DNA of 64,000 bases from the NCBI GenBank assembly GCA_030390025.1, contig JASTWF010000036.1:2854001-2918000 (forward strand). Direction: 5' to 3'. The translations under genes and the position numbers were made by a program. Shown here in pieces: positions 1 through 12,687 of the stretch. The notes under the pieces are model-generated. The model was not told the DNA's origin and did not search any database. It worked only from the letters and a program-made list of their open reading frames with translations. The stretch is from Squalus acanthias. Lineage: Eukaryota. Every line of letters starts with the position of its first letter. Within the stretch, counting starts at the first letter, position 1.

Positions 1-880
1 CGTACAATTAATTTTTGCTTTTTGAAGTGTAATGACTGTGCCCTCACTGCATTTAAGACTCCCGAGTCAGGAAAAATCACCTGATTTTCTGCTTCCACTG
101 AAAACTGCACTCTCAACAAACTGCAGGTGGAGAGAGTTGGGACTGAGACATACAGTTGGAGCAGAGTAGAAAGAGCTTCTGCACCCAACGTCTATACCGG
201 ACGTGCCCAATATTGAATCCAGGCAAAATAGTCAAAATAGCAATTGTTCTACTTCCTGGCCAGGACATTGCTCACCTGGAGTACGGAATTCACCAAAAGA
301 AAATTTAAAAAACACTCTTTAATCATCAAGCACACAATAAAAGATAAAAAAGATAAGGCAGCACATGTTTCCCTGCACTTGCCCCTCCCTCTCCCCCTTC
401 ACACTAATGCACATCCCACAAGTAACATAAACAGATAATTGCCCTTTGTGCTTTTATATTCCACTCATCCCAATCTACCGGCTATCTGGAATAGCGCAAT
501 ATTTTTCAATACAATTATTATGCCAAAATTTATCACAGTTACGCTATCAATGTTTTAATTTTGTTTTTACACTGAAACTATCTGCTTCTTATTCTGGGCA
601 TTTATTGTATAATGCAACCCAGATCTGTCTTATTTTCTTGCAGTAGATGTGATCCCTGGTTTGAAATAGTTAAGAAAGAATTGCTGAATGAAAAAAAGAG
701 GGTTACTGTTAAGAAGTTGAAGCCTCATTGTTCTGTCTTAATCAATTTGGAGCACAGACTTTCTCTTATTTTGTCCCCTCTTTTCCTCAAGGTACTGACT
801 CCTTGTGGAGATACGATTGTGCCAAGTTCCAGCAGCTGTCCAGTACCTTGCCCAGATAGCCATTCTTCGTGTGTGAATAT

Positions 881-3800
881 GACCAATATCCTCGCAGGGG
901 GGTTTGCTAGTGCTGTTGGGAAGGATTTAAACTAGTTTGTCAGGGGGCTGGGAACCTAAGTGTGGGCCCAGAAAGGAGAGAAACAAAGCTGGAAGTGCAA
1001 GTTAGAAAAGTAGTCAGCAAAACTAGTAGGGAGCAGAAACAAAAGCCAACAGTAAAGAGGGTCAAAGTGCAGAAAAATATTAAACAGGCAAAGTTGAAGG
1101 CACTTTATCTAAATGCATGTAGCATTCGCAACAAGGTGGATGAATTAATGGCACAAATAGAAGTAAATGGGTATGATGTAATTGCCATTACAGAGACATG
1201 GTTGCAGGGTAACCAAAGCTAGGAACTGAATGTTCCAGGGTACTCAACATTTAGAAATGACAGACAAAAAGGAAAAGGAGGTGGCGTAGCGCTGTTAATA
1301 AGGGATGAGATCGGTACGGTAGAGATAAAAGATCTTGGCTCGGCAGATCGTGATGTAGAACTGGAATCAGTTTGGGTGGAGCTAAGAAACAGCAAAGGGC
1401 GGAAAACATTGGTGGGAGTTGTGTATAGGCCACCAAACAGTAGTGATAATGTAGGGTACAGTATCAATCAAGAAATTAGAAGTGCATGTAACAAGGGCAA
1501 TACGATAATCATGGGGGACTTTAAATCTACATATTGACTGGGCAAATCAAATTACCACTAATGGTGTGGAGGACGAAGTCTTGGAATGCATGCAAGATGG
1601 TTTCCTGGATCAGTATGTGGAGGAACCAACCAGGGAACAGGCTATTCTGAATCTGGTACTGTGTAATGAGAAAGGGCTAATCAATAATCTTGTGGTAAAG
1701 GGGCCTTTAGGGACAAGTGACCATAATATGATTGAATTTTACATTAAGTTTGAGAATGATGTAGTCCAATCTGAAACTAAGGTCTTCAATCTAAACAGAG
1801 GAAACTACAAGGGTATGAGGGACAAATTGACCATGGTAGATTTGAGAGACTACACTAAAAGGTATGAAGATGGACATACAATGGATAACATTCAAGGAAA
1901 TAATGCATAATTTGCAACAAACATCTATTCCTCTAGGACATAAAAACCCAAAAGGAAAAGTGATCCAACCATGGCTAACAAAAGAAATTAAAGCTAGTAT
2001 TAAGTTAAAGGAGGAAGCTTATAAAGTTGCCAGAAAAAGCGGTCAGCCTGAGGATTGGGATCTTTTTAGAAATCAGCAAAGGGAGACCAAGGAATTGATA
2101 AAGAAAGGGAAAATGGAATATGAGCACAAACTAGTGAAAAATATAAAAACGGATTGTAAAAGCTTCTATAGGTATGTGAAAAGGAAAAGACTGGCGAAGG
2201 TAAATGTAGGTCCTTTACAGTCAGAGACGGGAGAATTTATAATGTGGAATGAGGAAATGGCAGAGAAATTAAATAAATACTTTGTTTCTGTCTTCACGGA
2301 GGAAGACACAAAAAACCTCCCAGAAATACGAGAAAACCAAGGGTGTGGCGAGAATGAGGAACTTAAAGAAATTATCAGTACAAAAACAGTACGAGCAAAA
2401 TTAATGGGACTAAAAGTCGATAAATCCCAAGGACCGGATGACCTACATCCTAGGGTTTTGAAAGAGGTGGCAATTGGGATAGTGGACGCATTGGTTGTCA
2501 TATTCCAAAATTCTATAGATTCTGGAACGGTTCCTGCAGATTAGAGGATAGCAAATGTAACCCCGCTATTTAAGAAAGGAGGGAGAGAGAAAACGGGGAA
2601 CTACAGACCTATTAGCCTCAAATCAGTAGTTGGGAAAATGCTGGAATCTATTATAAAGGATGCAATAACTGGGCACTTAGAAACTAATAGTAAGATTGGG
2701 CAGAGTCAACATGGATTTATGAAAGGGGAATCTTGTTTAACAAACCTATTGGAGTTCTTTGAGGATGTAACTAGTGGAGTAGACAAAGGGGAACCGGTAG
2801 ATGTGGTGTATCTGGATTTTCAGAAGGCCTTCGATAAGGTCCCACACAAGAGGTTGGTGAACAAAATTAGGGCACATGGAATTGGGGGTAATATACTAGC
2901 ATGGATTGAGAATTGGTTAACAGACAGAAAACAAAGAGTAGGAATAAACGGGTCTTTTTCAGGATGGCAGGCTGTGACTAGTAGGGTACCGCAAGGATCG
3001 GTGCTTGGACCCCAGCTATTCACAATCTATAGCAATGATTTGGATGAGGGGACTAAATGTAACATTTCCAAATTTGCTGATGATACAAAGCTAGGTGGCA
3101 GTGTCAGTTGTGAAGAGGATGTGAAGAGGCTTCAAGGGGATCTCGACAGGCTCAGTGAGTGGGCGAGAACATGGCAGATGGAATATAATGTGGATAAATG
3201 TGAAGTTATCCACTTTGGTAGAAAAAACAAAAAGGCAGAGTATTTCCTAAATGGTGAAAGATTGGGGAATGCAGATGCTCAAAGGGACCTGGGTGTCCTT
3301 GTACATGAGTCACTGAAAGTGAATGTGCAGGTGCAGCAAGCCATTAGGAAGGCAAATGGTATGCTGGCCTTCATTACAAGAGGATTTGAGTACAGGAGTA
3401 AAGAAGTCTTACTCCAATTATATAGGACCTTGGTGAGACCACACCTGGAGTACTGTGTACAATTTTGGTCTCCTTACCTAAGGAAGGATATACTTGCCAT
3501 AGAGGGAGTGCAACGAAGGTTCACGAGATTGATTCCTGGGATGGCGGGACTGTCGTATGAGAAGAGATTGAGTAAACTAGGCCTGTATTCTCTTGAATTC
3601 AGAAGAATGAGAGGGGATCTCATTGAAGCATCCAAAATTATTACAGGGCTTGATAGGGTGGATGCTGGGAGAATGTTTCCATTGGCTGGGGAGTCTAGAA
3701 CCAGGGGCCACAGCCTCAGGATAAAGGGTAGGCCATTCAGGACTGAGATGAGAAGAAATTTCTTCACACAGAGGGTGGTGAATCTTTGGAATTCTCTACC

Positions 3801-4004
3801 CCAGAGGGCTGTGGAGGCTCAGTCATTGGGTATATTCAAAACAGAAGTCGATAGATTTCTGACTAGTAAGGGCATCAAGGGATATGGCGATAGGGCCGGT
3901 GAATGGAGTTGAGGCAGAAGATCAGCCATGATCTCATTGAATGGCGGAGCAGGCTCGAAGGGCCGAATGGCCTACTCCTGCTCCTATTTCTTATGTTCTT
4001 ATGT
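881..4004 (+). mobile_element. CR1 (HER1-like) LINE, 5'-truncated: ORF1 C-terminus plus disrupted ORF2 (APE endonuclease and RT)
   Basis: ORF1 end TNILAGGFASAVGKDLN*; endonuclease motifs YLNACSIRNK, IAITETWL, SDHNMI; RT motifs YLDFQKAFDKVPH, VPQGSVLGP, KFADDTK; 3' tail TTCTTATG repeats; 5-bp TSD AATAT; several stops and frameshifts. Confidence 0.95.
2638..3912 (+). CDS. CR1 ORF2 reverse-transcriptase segment (424 aa open stretch of a disrupted ORF2)
   Basis: ORF track: QHGF, LDFQKAFDKVPH, QGSVLGP, FADD, and CR1 C-terminal RPHLEYCVQFWSP...RNFFTQRVVNLWNSLP. Confidence 0.9.
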   Translation: MLESIIKDAITGHLETNSKIGQSQHGFMKGESCLTNLLEFFEDVTSGVDKGEPVDVVYLDFQKAFDKVPHKRLVNKIRAHGIGGNILAWIENWLTDRKQRVGINGSFSGWQAVTSRVPQGSVLGPQLFTIYSNDLDEGTKCNISKFADDTKLGGSVSCEEDVKRLQGDLDRLSEWARTWQMEYNVDKCEVIHFGRKNKKAEYFLNGERLGNADAQRDLGVLVHESLKVNVQVQQAIRKANGMLAFITRGFEYRSKEVLLQLYRTLVRPHLEYCVQFWSPYLRKDILAIEGVQRRFTRLIPGMAGLSYEKRLSKLGLYSLEFRRMRGDLIEASKIITGLDRVDAGRMFPLAGESRTRGHSLRIKGRPFRTEMRRNFFTQRVVNLWNSLPQRAVEAQSLGIFKTEVDRFLTSKGIKGYGDRAGEWS

Positions 4005-6489
4005 AATATTGACAATGAGTGTCAGCCGACTATTTTGCCACAGAGGGCTTCAAAGCTAAGCTGAACTTGTCCTTATTCGATATTCACACATTGTATTTGG
4101 ATAGTGATCAGAAACAGGAAACCTGGCTGATCTTTCCCCTCCTTCACCCAGGGCACTGAGGCCAATCTTAGTGACCCCATCCACCCACCACTACTGCCCT
4201 GGCTGAGAACAGCTAACTCAGCACAGATCAGGGCTGGAACCTGGGACTTTACTGGTTTGTATGGCTCAGTACTACATTCAATAATACATTTCATCACTGA
4301 GCCATCAGAGTATCTACAAAGTTCATTCAGGAATATTAAGGAATGAGCAGATACGTCACAATATTGTTTATTGAGAGTGTAGAAAGTCTGATTTCCACCC
4401 CATTTGCTTTGGCCCTTTAAATTTCAGTAACCACTCCACCTCGCCAATCTCCCACATCAAGGGTGTACATTACCATTAAAATACCTGAATATTGCTCCCT
4501 TAAGAGGTAGCAATTCTTTGGCCCAGGAAAGGCCTCAGGCCCTCCCTCCGCCACCCCCGCTCCCCCGTCAGTGCTGCTCAAACATGGCCTGGAGGATCAG
4601 GGCAGGTGCATTTGATGCGTCCTTGCGAACGTGATGCGCCATCCCGGTCATGAAGATGACCCCATTTGGGATTTGGGATGGGTCTAATGGGGGTTCTGCT
4701 CCACTGCACTTTGGCTGGCACAGCAGGCTTCTGGGAATTTCAGGGCCACAGCGTGATAATGAAAGGGGCATCATGCCACGGAACATACAATGTATTATTG
4801 CCAAGGTGCGGCTGTGTTTAAACTGTTTTGCCCCTTTAAGGTCACAAAGTCTCACTGCTGCAAAAAGGCACATCCTGAGTTCACATTGCTGTTCCACTGG
4901 ATCAGCAATGGCAACTTGCCTTTCACGTCGAAAACCAACTCAAGGCGCTTCACAAAAGGGAAATTGAACTTTTGCGGGCGGGCTAGGAGGAGTGACCAAA
5001 GACTTGATCCAAGAAATGTGTTGTGAGAAAGCGCTGTAAAGGTGGGGATAGAGATGTGGAGGGATTTGGAGAAGAAACCAAAAAGTAGGCCTGAGACAGC
5101 TCAAAGGCTCTGGTGGAGTGGAGGCGGGAGGAGGTCAGAGGACCAGAGAAGGCTGAAGATGGTTGCAGAGTGAGAGTGGTGCAAGGCTATGATGTGATTT
5201 GTAGTGAGGACAGGGTATTATATTTGATCCATTAGGGGGTAGGGAGCCAGTGTAAGGACAGTCACAATTCATAAAGGATACCAGTTGGGAACCAGTGGTT
5301 TCTGGAAATAAATCAAGTGGAATTGACTGCGTAACTCACAACCACAGTTTTAGGCTGCAATTCAATATTGCTGTTTTACAGTATTTTATAAGGCATCTGA
5401 GATTCATTCACTCAGTTTATGACCTGGTCATAACCTGAGATTGCATTATCGCCTTGTAACTCAAAGTAAACTCTGTTCTCTCACAACGCACTGCATATAC
5501 ACTGCACACTCACTAAAACAAGCAAGTTAAAATGTTATTATAACATATTATAATGTGGGGGTGCACTGCTGAATGTCTCAATAACATAACATCAAATACA
5601 ATCTGAAATAAAAAAAAGTCACCAAGGTCAAGTAGCTTTATAACAGAAATACTGTTTAAACAGAGGGTCTTTGTCATCAGGGTAGGTGGGCTAAGCAGCA
5701 ATGTGGAAAACCCATTTTGTTAAGTGCTTTGGATTGAATTGCAGAAAGGAATGATTTAAACAGGCTCTGGTACAAAGATTTGCAAGCTGGCTGCTTTTTG
5801 TAACCTGCATTTGATTGCAATCCAGACTAAAGCACAATCCTGATGCTAACACAATAAATGGTGAGGTGATGAATAAAACAGTTTATTTTCTGCCAGAGTA
5901 TCCCTCCACTGTAACAGGCTGCCATTCAATGCAGCACTGGTCAGGGTCAGTAACAGACATGTGTGTTTACCATAAAGGATTCTGTTGGGTTTAACTGTGC
6001 ATAAATCACACAACCCTCAAGTCAGAGAAAAGTGTTTGAAGGTGCGGTATGTGCAGGAGGTTTCAAGGTTATTGAACAAGATTCTAAGCTTATCAATATA
6101 CATTGGGTTTCGTCCCCCCCCCCCTCCAATTATCTCTCTTACTCTCCTGAAAGCATCAACATAATTCCACAGGCACATTTGTCACGTGTGAGACAGGGGA
6201 GGACGATTTTCTCTGTGCTATGTGTAGTAAAATCATAAATGCATTTATAAAGAACGTGTTTACGATTCTGCTACATGTATGCACATCAAGGAACTCTCCC
6301 TCCAGTGTGCGTCAGCAGGATTATTCGACCATGGGGAGAGGGTATCACAGCCGAACCCCATCCTGCCCTCACCCACGCACATGTGCGATTTTCCTCCTTG
6401 CTAGGATAAGGGACTCGGAGACCAACTGTAGCACCCCTACCACCACCATAGCTCATATCAATGATCTCACCACAGACCCAGGATCTAGT

Positions 6490-6800
6490 GCAGTACCGAG
6501 GAAATCCCACATTGCCAAAGGTGCCATCTTTCTGATGAGACGTTAAACCGAGGTTCAATTACCTGTTCAGGTGAACATCGGTGATCCCAACACACTGTTC
6601 AGAGGAGAGCAGGAGGGTCTTTGGGCCAACATTCCTCATTAAACAAACACCACCACAGAGTGATTAACTGGTCATTCATCTCACTGCTGTTTGTGGGGCA
6701 CCTTGGCTACTGTGTTTACCTTACATAGTCACTATTGCCTAAAGTAATTTACTTTGTGAAGCAGTTCCAAATGTTTTGACACATGCTACATAAATGAAAG
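6490..6800 (+). mobile_element. Degenerate DeuSINE (SacSINE1-like)
   Basis: GGTGCCATCTTTCTGATGAGACGTTAAACCGAGG and TGATTAACTGGTCATTCATCTCACTGCTGTTTGTGGG match the reverse complement of the copies at 26426 and 53595. Confidence 0.65.
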
Positions 6801-7283
6801 TACTTAAAAAAAAAAATTGATTACACTTGATACATTAGAATCTTCTCCAGTTTTATCCCAGCAACTTTAGAATAAAAACACATTTACAGTTGGACACATG
6901 AAACACCCCTGTCTAGATAAGAGAATAATTTGGAGCAATTATCAGATAGTAATTCCAACATCACATTGTATTAAACTAGATTAATTCAAGATGGAGATTG
7001 ATGCAGTATGATGAACTGAACATACACAAAAGGTATGCTGGGTGGTCCAGCTAGCAGTCAGATAAGTGGTTTACCACCTTAGTAGAAAAGAAGATCTTCA
7101 AAGGGCTCAATTTTAACAAGAAATACTTTCCCTGGGTCTTTGTCTACGGAGGTTTGTTGTTTAAATGTGGAGTTTACAGAGAGCGCCAGTTGCTAGAACA
7201 GCCTGCTCCCAAGTTCCGCTGTCACCTCACCCCATCAAAACGAACACGCCAGTGTCAAACACAAGAGGAGCAATGATCGTTCG

Positions 7284-7461
7284 GATTCCCTGATCAAGCA
7301 CTCCCGGCACTGGGCAAGAAATCGCAGCCCCAAGGCCCATGATTTTCCATTGATTTAAGTTGATGGACGGAAAATGAGGAGCTTCCAGCCTGCCATTTCC
7401 CAACCAGCACTCCGTGTGAGTGCTGCTTCTCGCTGGGAGCGCTTGATCGGGGAATCAGCCC
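7284..7461. mobile_element. Small fold-back element (MITE-like)
   Basis: Arms GATTCCCTGATCAAGCACTCCCGGC and GCTGGGAGCGCTTGATCGGGGAATC are inverted, with a central ATTTTCC...GGAAAAT stem; a related decayed copy lies at ~54168-54345. Confidence 0.55.
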
Positions 7462-7492
7462 CGATATCGCTGCGCTAACTGTCAGACCCGCA

Positions 7493-8045
7493 ACAACAAC
7501 AACACCTTGTATTTATATAGCAGCTTTAACATAGTAAAACGTCCCAAGGTGCGTCACAGGAGTGTAATCAGACAAAATTTGACACCGAGCCACATAAGGA
7601 GATATTAGGACAGATGGTCAAAGAGGTAGGTTTTAAGGAGCATCTTAAAGGAGGAGAGAGCGGTAGAGAGGTTTAGGGAGGGAATTCCAGAGCTTAGAGC
7701 CTAGACTGCTGAAGGAGTGCAGAGATCTCGGATGGTTATGGGGCTGGAGGAGGTTACAGAGATAGGGAGGGGCGAGGCCATGGAGGGATTTGAAAACAAG
7801 GATGAGAATTTTGAAATTGAGGCGTTGATTAACCGGGAGCCAATGGAGGTCAGCGACCACAGGGATGATGGGTGAATGGGATTTGGTGCAAGTTAGGACA
7901 CGGGCAGCCGAGTTTTGGATGACCTCAAGTTTACGGAGGGTGCAAGGTGAGAGGCCGGCCAGGAGAGCATTGGAATAGTCGAGTCTGGAGGTAACAAAGG
8001 CGTGGATGAGGGTTTCAGCTGAGGCAGAGGCAGAGACGGGTGATG
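7493..8045 (-). mobile_element. L2 LINE 3' fragment
   Basis: ORF 7645..8142 contains HAFVTSRLDYSNALLAGL...IQNSAARVLT...LHWLPV...FKILILVFKSLHGLAPPYL (L2 ORF2 C-terminus); (TTG)n tail. Confidence 0.9.
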
Positions 8046-8332
8046 TTCTTCTCTTATTCATAAACACAAAGGTGTCAAAATGACACTCTGCAATATTAGC
8101 AATTAACTTATTGAAGATTTTACATGAACTTCCTCTGCCCACAATTTAACAAAAGGGTTCAAGTGATCATTTTAAATGGGTGGGTGCTTTCCTAAAACAG
8201 CAGAGGAATTTTCTGTGAGCATGATAACACATCCATTACTCATACCACACAGCGTAATTTCACTCCAAAACTTGCTTGCTCAGCAGGATCTGCTTCCTTA
8301 ATTAGCAAAAACCTTTCAAAGATTCAACCTAC

Positions 8333-8413
8333 CAAAGAGAAGTCATAAAAAGAATCCATTTCATATCTGCAAAGCTTCCATTTTGTTGCTGCGACTTCTG
8401 TTTTAATGGCCAT
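8333..8413 (-). CDS. Candidate first coding exon of an unidentified host gene (MAIKTEVAATKWKLCRYEMDSFYDFSL)
   Basis: ATG at 8413 opens exactly 27 codons ending at a phase-0 donor TTG|GTAGGT; it sits in a ~2-kb stretch with no recognisable repeat. Peptide not recognised; could be chance. Confidence 0.25.
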
Positions 8414-10129
8414 CGATTGAAGACAACAAACAGCTGCCCCGTCTCAACTTCAGTCCTGCTTCATTTAAGGCAGGCTTGATATTTTTCCTCAGCCGTTTGT
8501 CTTAAACGTGTTAATTTTGAGGAAAAAAACCCCGATGATCAAACAATATAAATATGAAAGGGGAGCATATATCGCAACAAAAAGTAGCCTCATCACAAAG
8601 TGATTCCCACATTCAAGAACTGATCCTGTGATCGGATTGAAACGTTGAGCGGAGCTCTCCCAAGAAAGCCTCATTGATGTTCTATCTACCACTTCCTTCA
8701 AATTCATCCACCTTTCCCATGTTGTTTCTTTTAGACATTATCCATTGTCGATTTAAATTGTCCACTTTGTATCCAATTCCTTGTCAAATGAGAGGACCCA
8801 TTTCTGGCTCCAGTAATCAGTTGTTTTGTAAACACTTTGGGGATGGGGCAAAATGCCTCTTAATAAAAATAAATAAAAGAATGCCTGATTTTTCTCTGCA
8901 ATAATGGCCCACTACTACAATCAGACTCTCAGTAAAGCCATACATTCCCGTGATTTCATTAGCAAGCACACTGAAGTCAAAGAAAAACAGGGACTCTCCC
9001 ATTTTTCTTTAAAAGGGCAATTTTGCCCCTTCCAACCTACATGAAAGAGGGCATTATAATCTGGCAATGCTGTTCTACAGGACATGACCTGGTTTGACAA
9101 TAAAGGCGCACGTGGTGAGATAATGGCTGTGTCATCAAGTCACACCGCAAACTGCAAAGTGTGTGTCTGCTTCAGTTACTCAAATCAGCAGGGTTTCTCA
9201 GATAGGACAAGGATCCTGCACATCTTGCGTCACTGCAAAGAGGCTTCTGCATCGCTACAGCACAAGTATGACAGCTGGAGTCATTCTGGTTTTGGTGCTA
9301 GACCACTTGCACAGGTAGTCTCGCACGGCTTCGCCTCACATTGCTTCCTGTATAACAACAGCTCAGGTATGAAGCCAGTTTTCAAAAGAGCCCAGGTGCT
9401 CTGCGGTAATAGAAAGGAGCTGCAGCAGTTGGAGACCAATGAACAATCTCTGTGCATTTAAGTCTGCACATGAAGTGGAGGTGTGCTTTCCTTGGCTGGA
9501 GTGTGATGTGGAGTGGACAGTCCAATCCAGTGCTGCCTACTCACTCCACTCTAAAATCTTAAACCAGTAGATGTTGGATTGTGCCCCTTTAAGATGCTCG
9601 GTTAACTTAAATCAGCTTGAAAACATCCCAGATACACTGACAAAAAGTCTTGCAGCCCATTTTGTGTTGGCATTTCTCAAAATAAAAACACAGGTCTCTG
9701 GCCTGTGCCCTCATTACTGACCCAACATTGGCAGAATGCTCCCATCTGGTTTCAACACAAAGCGACCACAGAGATCTCACTGTTACCCACTGACGGAGCA
9801 ATCCCCTTCTTTCAATAACGTGATGAAAAGCAAAACTGAGGCACTTGAAATGGAAACTTTATAATCAGAAATAAGCAAAATTCTTTACATTTAAATTTAA
9901 GCCCACATATGTTCTTTGCCACCTGGTGGCCTCTGCTGATTTCTACCTCAGTTTCTGTTGGATGTGCCAGCTTTTGGAGAATGTTGGAGATGTAGTAAGA
10001 GGATAAACATTATGACAAATCTATAATGCGCTCGATTGTTCACAGTTTTAAAACTTGCTTTATCTAGGTCATAATGGGGGTCAGTGTCTCTTAATGTCAT
10101 TAACTAGCACTTGGAGGAGACTGACTTGG

Positions 10130-11420
10130 AGGATAGTCAGCATGGCTTTGTCAGGGGGGGATCATGTCTAACCAATTTGATTGAATTTTTCGAGGGGGTG
10201 ACTAGGTGTGTGGATGAGGGTAGTGCAGATGATGTAATCTACATGGACTTCAGTAAGGCTTTTGACAAAGTCCCACATGGGAGACTGGTCAAGAAGGTAA
10301 GAGCCCATGGGATTCAGGGCAATTTGGCACATTGGATCCAAAATTGGCTTAGTGGCAGGAGGCAGAGGGTGATGGTCGAAGGTTGTTTTTGTGACTGGAA
10401 TCCTGTGTCCAGTGGTGTACCGCAGGGATCGGTGCTGGGTCCTTTGCTGTTTGTAGTGTACATTAATGATTTAGATATGAATGTAGGAGGTATGATCAGT
10501 AAGTTCACAGATGACACGAAAATTGGTGGAGTGGTAAATAGCGAGGAGGGAAGCCTCAGGCTACAGGACGATATAGACGGGTTGGTCAGATGGGCAGAAC
10601 AGTGGCAAATGGAATTTAACCCTGAAAAGTGTGAACTGATGCATTTTGGGAGGACTAACAAGGCAAGGGAATACACAATGAATGGTAGGTACCTAGGAAG
10701 GACAGAGGATCAGAGGGACCTTGGTGTGCATGTACATAGATCCCTCAAGGCAGCAGGACAGGTAGATAAGGTGGTTAAAAAGGCATATGGGATACTTATA
10801 TTCTATGCCTCGGCTAATGAAGGCAAGAGCAGGGAGGTTATGATGGAGCTGTACAAAACGCTAGTTAGGCCACAGCTGGAATACTGTGTGCAGTTCTGGT
10901 CGCCACACTATAGGAAGGATGTGATTGCATTGGAGAGGGTGCAGAGGAGATTCACCAGGATGTTACCTGGGCTGGAGCGCTTCAGCTATGAAGAGAGACT
11001 GGACAGGCTGGGGTTGTTTTCCTTAGAGCAGAGAAGGCTGAGGGGGGACCTGATTGAGGTGTACAAAATTATGAGGAGCATAGATATGGTCGATAGAAAG
11101 GAACTTTTCCCCTTCGTTGTGGGGTCAATAACCAGGGGGCATAGTTTCAAGGTAAGGGGCAGGAGGTTTAGAGGGGATTTGAGGAAAAACTTTTTCACCC
11201 AGAGGGTGGTTGGAATCTGGAACTCACTGCCTGAAAGGGTGGTAGAGGCAGGAACCCTCACAACATTCAAGAAGCATTTAGATGAGCACTTGAAACGCCA
11301 TAGCATACAAGGCTACGGACCAAGTGCTGGAAAATGGGATTAGAATAGACAGGGCTTGATGACCGGCGCAGATACGATGGGCCGAAGGGCCTCTTTCTTT
11401 GCTGTATAACTCTATGACTC
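10130..11420 (+). mobile_element. CR1 LINE 3' fragment (second subfamily, CTATGACT tail), RT region open
   Basis: 410-aa ORF 10111..11343 with YMDFSKAFDKVPH, GVPQGSVLGP, KFTDDTK; near-identical to the minus-strand copy at 42585-44165. Confidence 0.95.
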
Positions 11421-12376
11421 AATCTTTTGGAAACTCTACCATCCATGAAAACATCTGACACTTTTTGTTAAAAAAAAGCAACATCCATCTGAATTACACA
11501 AATGATATTCTGACCTTAACTACAGGCTTTGGATCTTCAGTCCAGAATGAACAGCTTCTGTATTGGGAACTTTCATGCTTAACCTATAGAATCAGAGTCA
11601 CTGCACTCCAAAGGTAATTCACTGAGTGAGGCCTTTCAACAGTGTGATAAATGCAACTATTAATTCTGGATCTCAGTTTGATTTTAGTTAAAGTGGGAAC
11701 CACTACAAATTAAATGTGGTCGCACCATTAAACCAGTTTATCAAAATGTGGATATTAATATTCATTGATCACCTTCCTGTCAATCATTGCTACTTAGTTC
11801 TTTATAAAAATGATATAAGTTTATATTCTGAGCAGTACACACACTGAACTAAACCCAGGTATTTTTTATCCCACATGTTCTAACTAAATGATCAGGACAA
11901 AAGATCCCATCCGTAAGACTTTAGTGCAATTCTTTGATTCAAAAATAATGTATCCATTCTGAATACATTTCTATGATTTTGCATTACGTAGATTGTAGAG
12001 AAATTGTGTATTAATAAAGGAATATTTCTGCCAGACATTCTTGCTTTAAGAAACTGCCCCCTTCTGCAACACCGGGATTTCCACAACAGCATTCCTCAGT
12101 GCTAGCTTCTGCTTGTTAAATCCATTCAGTTCTCCCAGCTCTTCTGCCCAGGAATGCACAATGAACAAACTTTCAAATTGCTTCCTTCTTTCACCACAGT
12201 CCTAACTTTTATCCTTCCTCCCTATTATCTCTAGTAATCCTTTATTTGCAGAGAACCCCACCCCTACTTTCTGTTAAAGTTCCTAACCCCCCACCTCAGT
12301 AATAGCATTCCAGTCTAAAGCTGTCCAGTCCCACATTTGCATCACCTGGAATAACATGCAGAATAAGACTTATTAC

Positions 12377-12475
12377 AACAGTGACTACACTCCAAAAAGT
12401 ACTTCATTGGCTGTAAAGCGCTTTGAGTCGTCCAGTGGTCGTGAAAGGCGCGATATAAATGCAAGTCTTTCTTTT
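12377..12475 (+). mobile_element. DeuSINE 3' tail fragment
   Basis: ACAACAGTGACTACACT...TTCATTGGCTGTAAAGCGCTTTG...GTGAAAGGCGCGATATAAATGCAAGTCTTTCTT, the same tail as other copies in the window. Confidence 0.75.
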
Positions 12476-12687
12476 TCTTTTTTGTAATGAGCTCCAAGTT
12501 TTTTTTTGTGGCAGAATATTATTGGGTGGGGGGGGAAAAAAAGAGTACATTTCTGTAAACCTCCTTCCTGTGTTTACCAAACCAAAGAGGTCAGGCAAAG
12601 CCCAACACAGTGTTGAGCACCACCTCCCAGTCCATCATCAGCATCTGAATCACTAGGCTCACATTCACCCCACTACCCCTCATTCAT

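Larger units (their letters stand above)
775..4310 (-). mobile_element. LF-SINE-like element split in two (775-880 and 4005-4310) by a CR1 insertion
   Basis: Minus strand of 4010-4310 reads ...GTCCCAGGTTCCAGCCCTGATCTGTGCTGAGTTAGCTGTTCTCAGCCAGGGCAG...TTGGCCTCAGTGCCCTGGG...; minus strand of 775-880 continues CACACACGAAGAATGGCTATCTGGGCAAGGTACTGG. Both match the LF-SINE consensus as I recall it. AATAT is duplicated at the junctions (876-880, 4005-4009). Confidence 0.7.

Noticed and set aside
2638..3912. RT ORF as a retron, group II intron or other novel RT system
   Set aside because: Upstream APE endonuclease, CR1-specific C-terminus and octamer tail identify an ordinary CR1 LINE.
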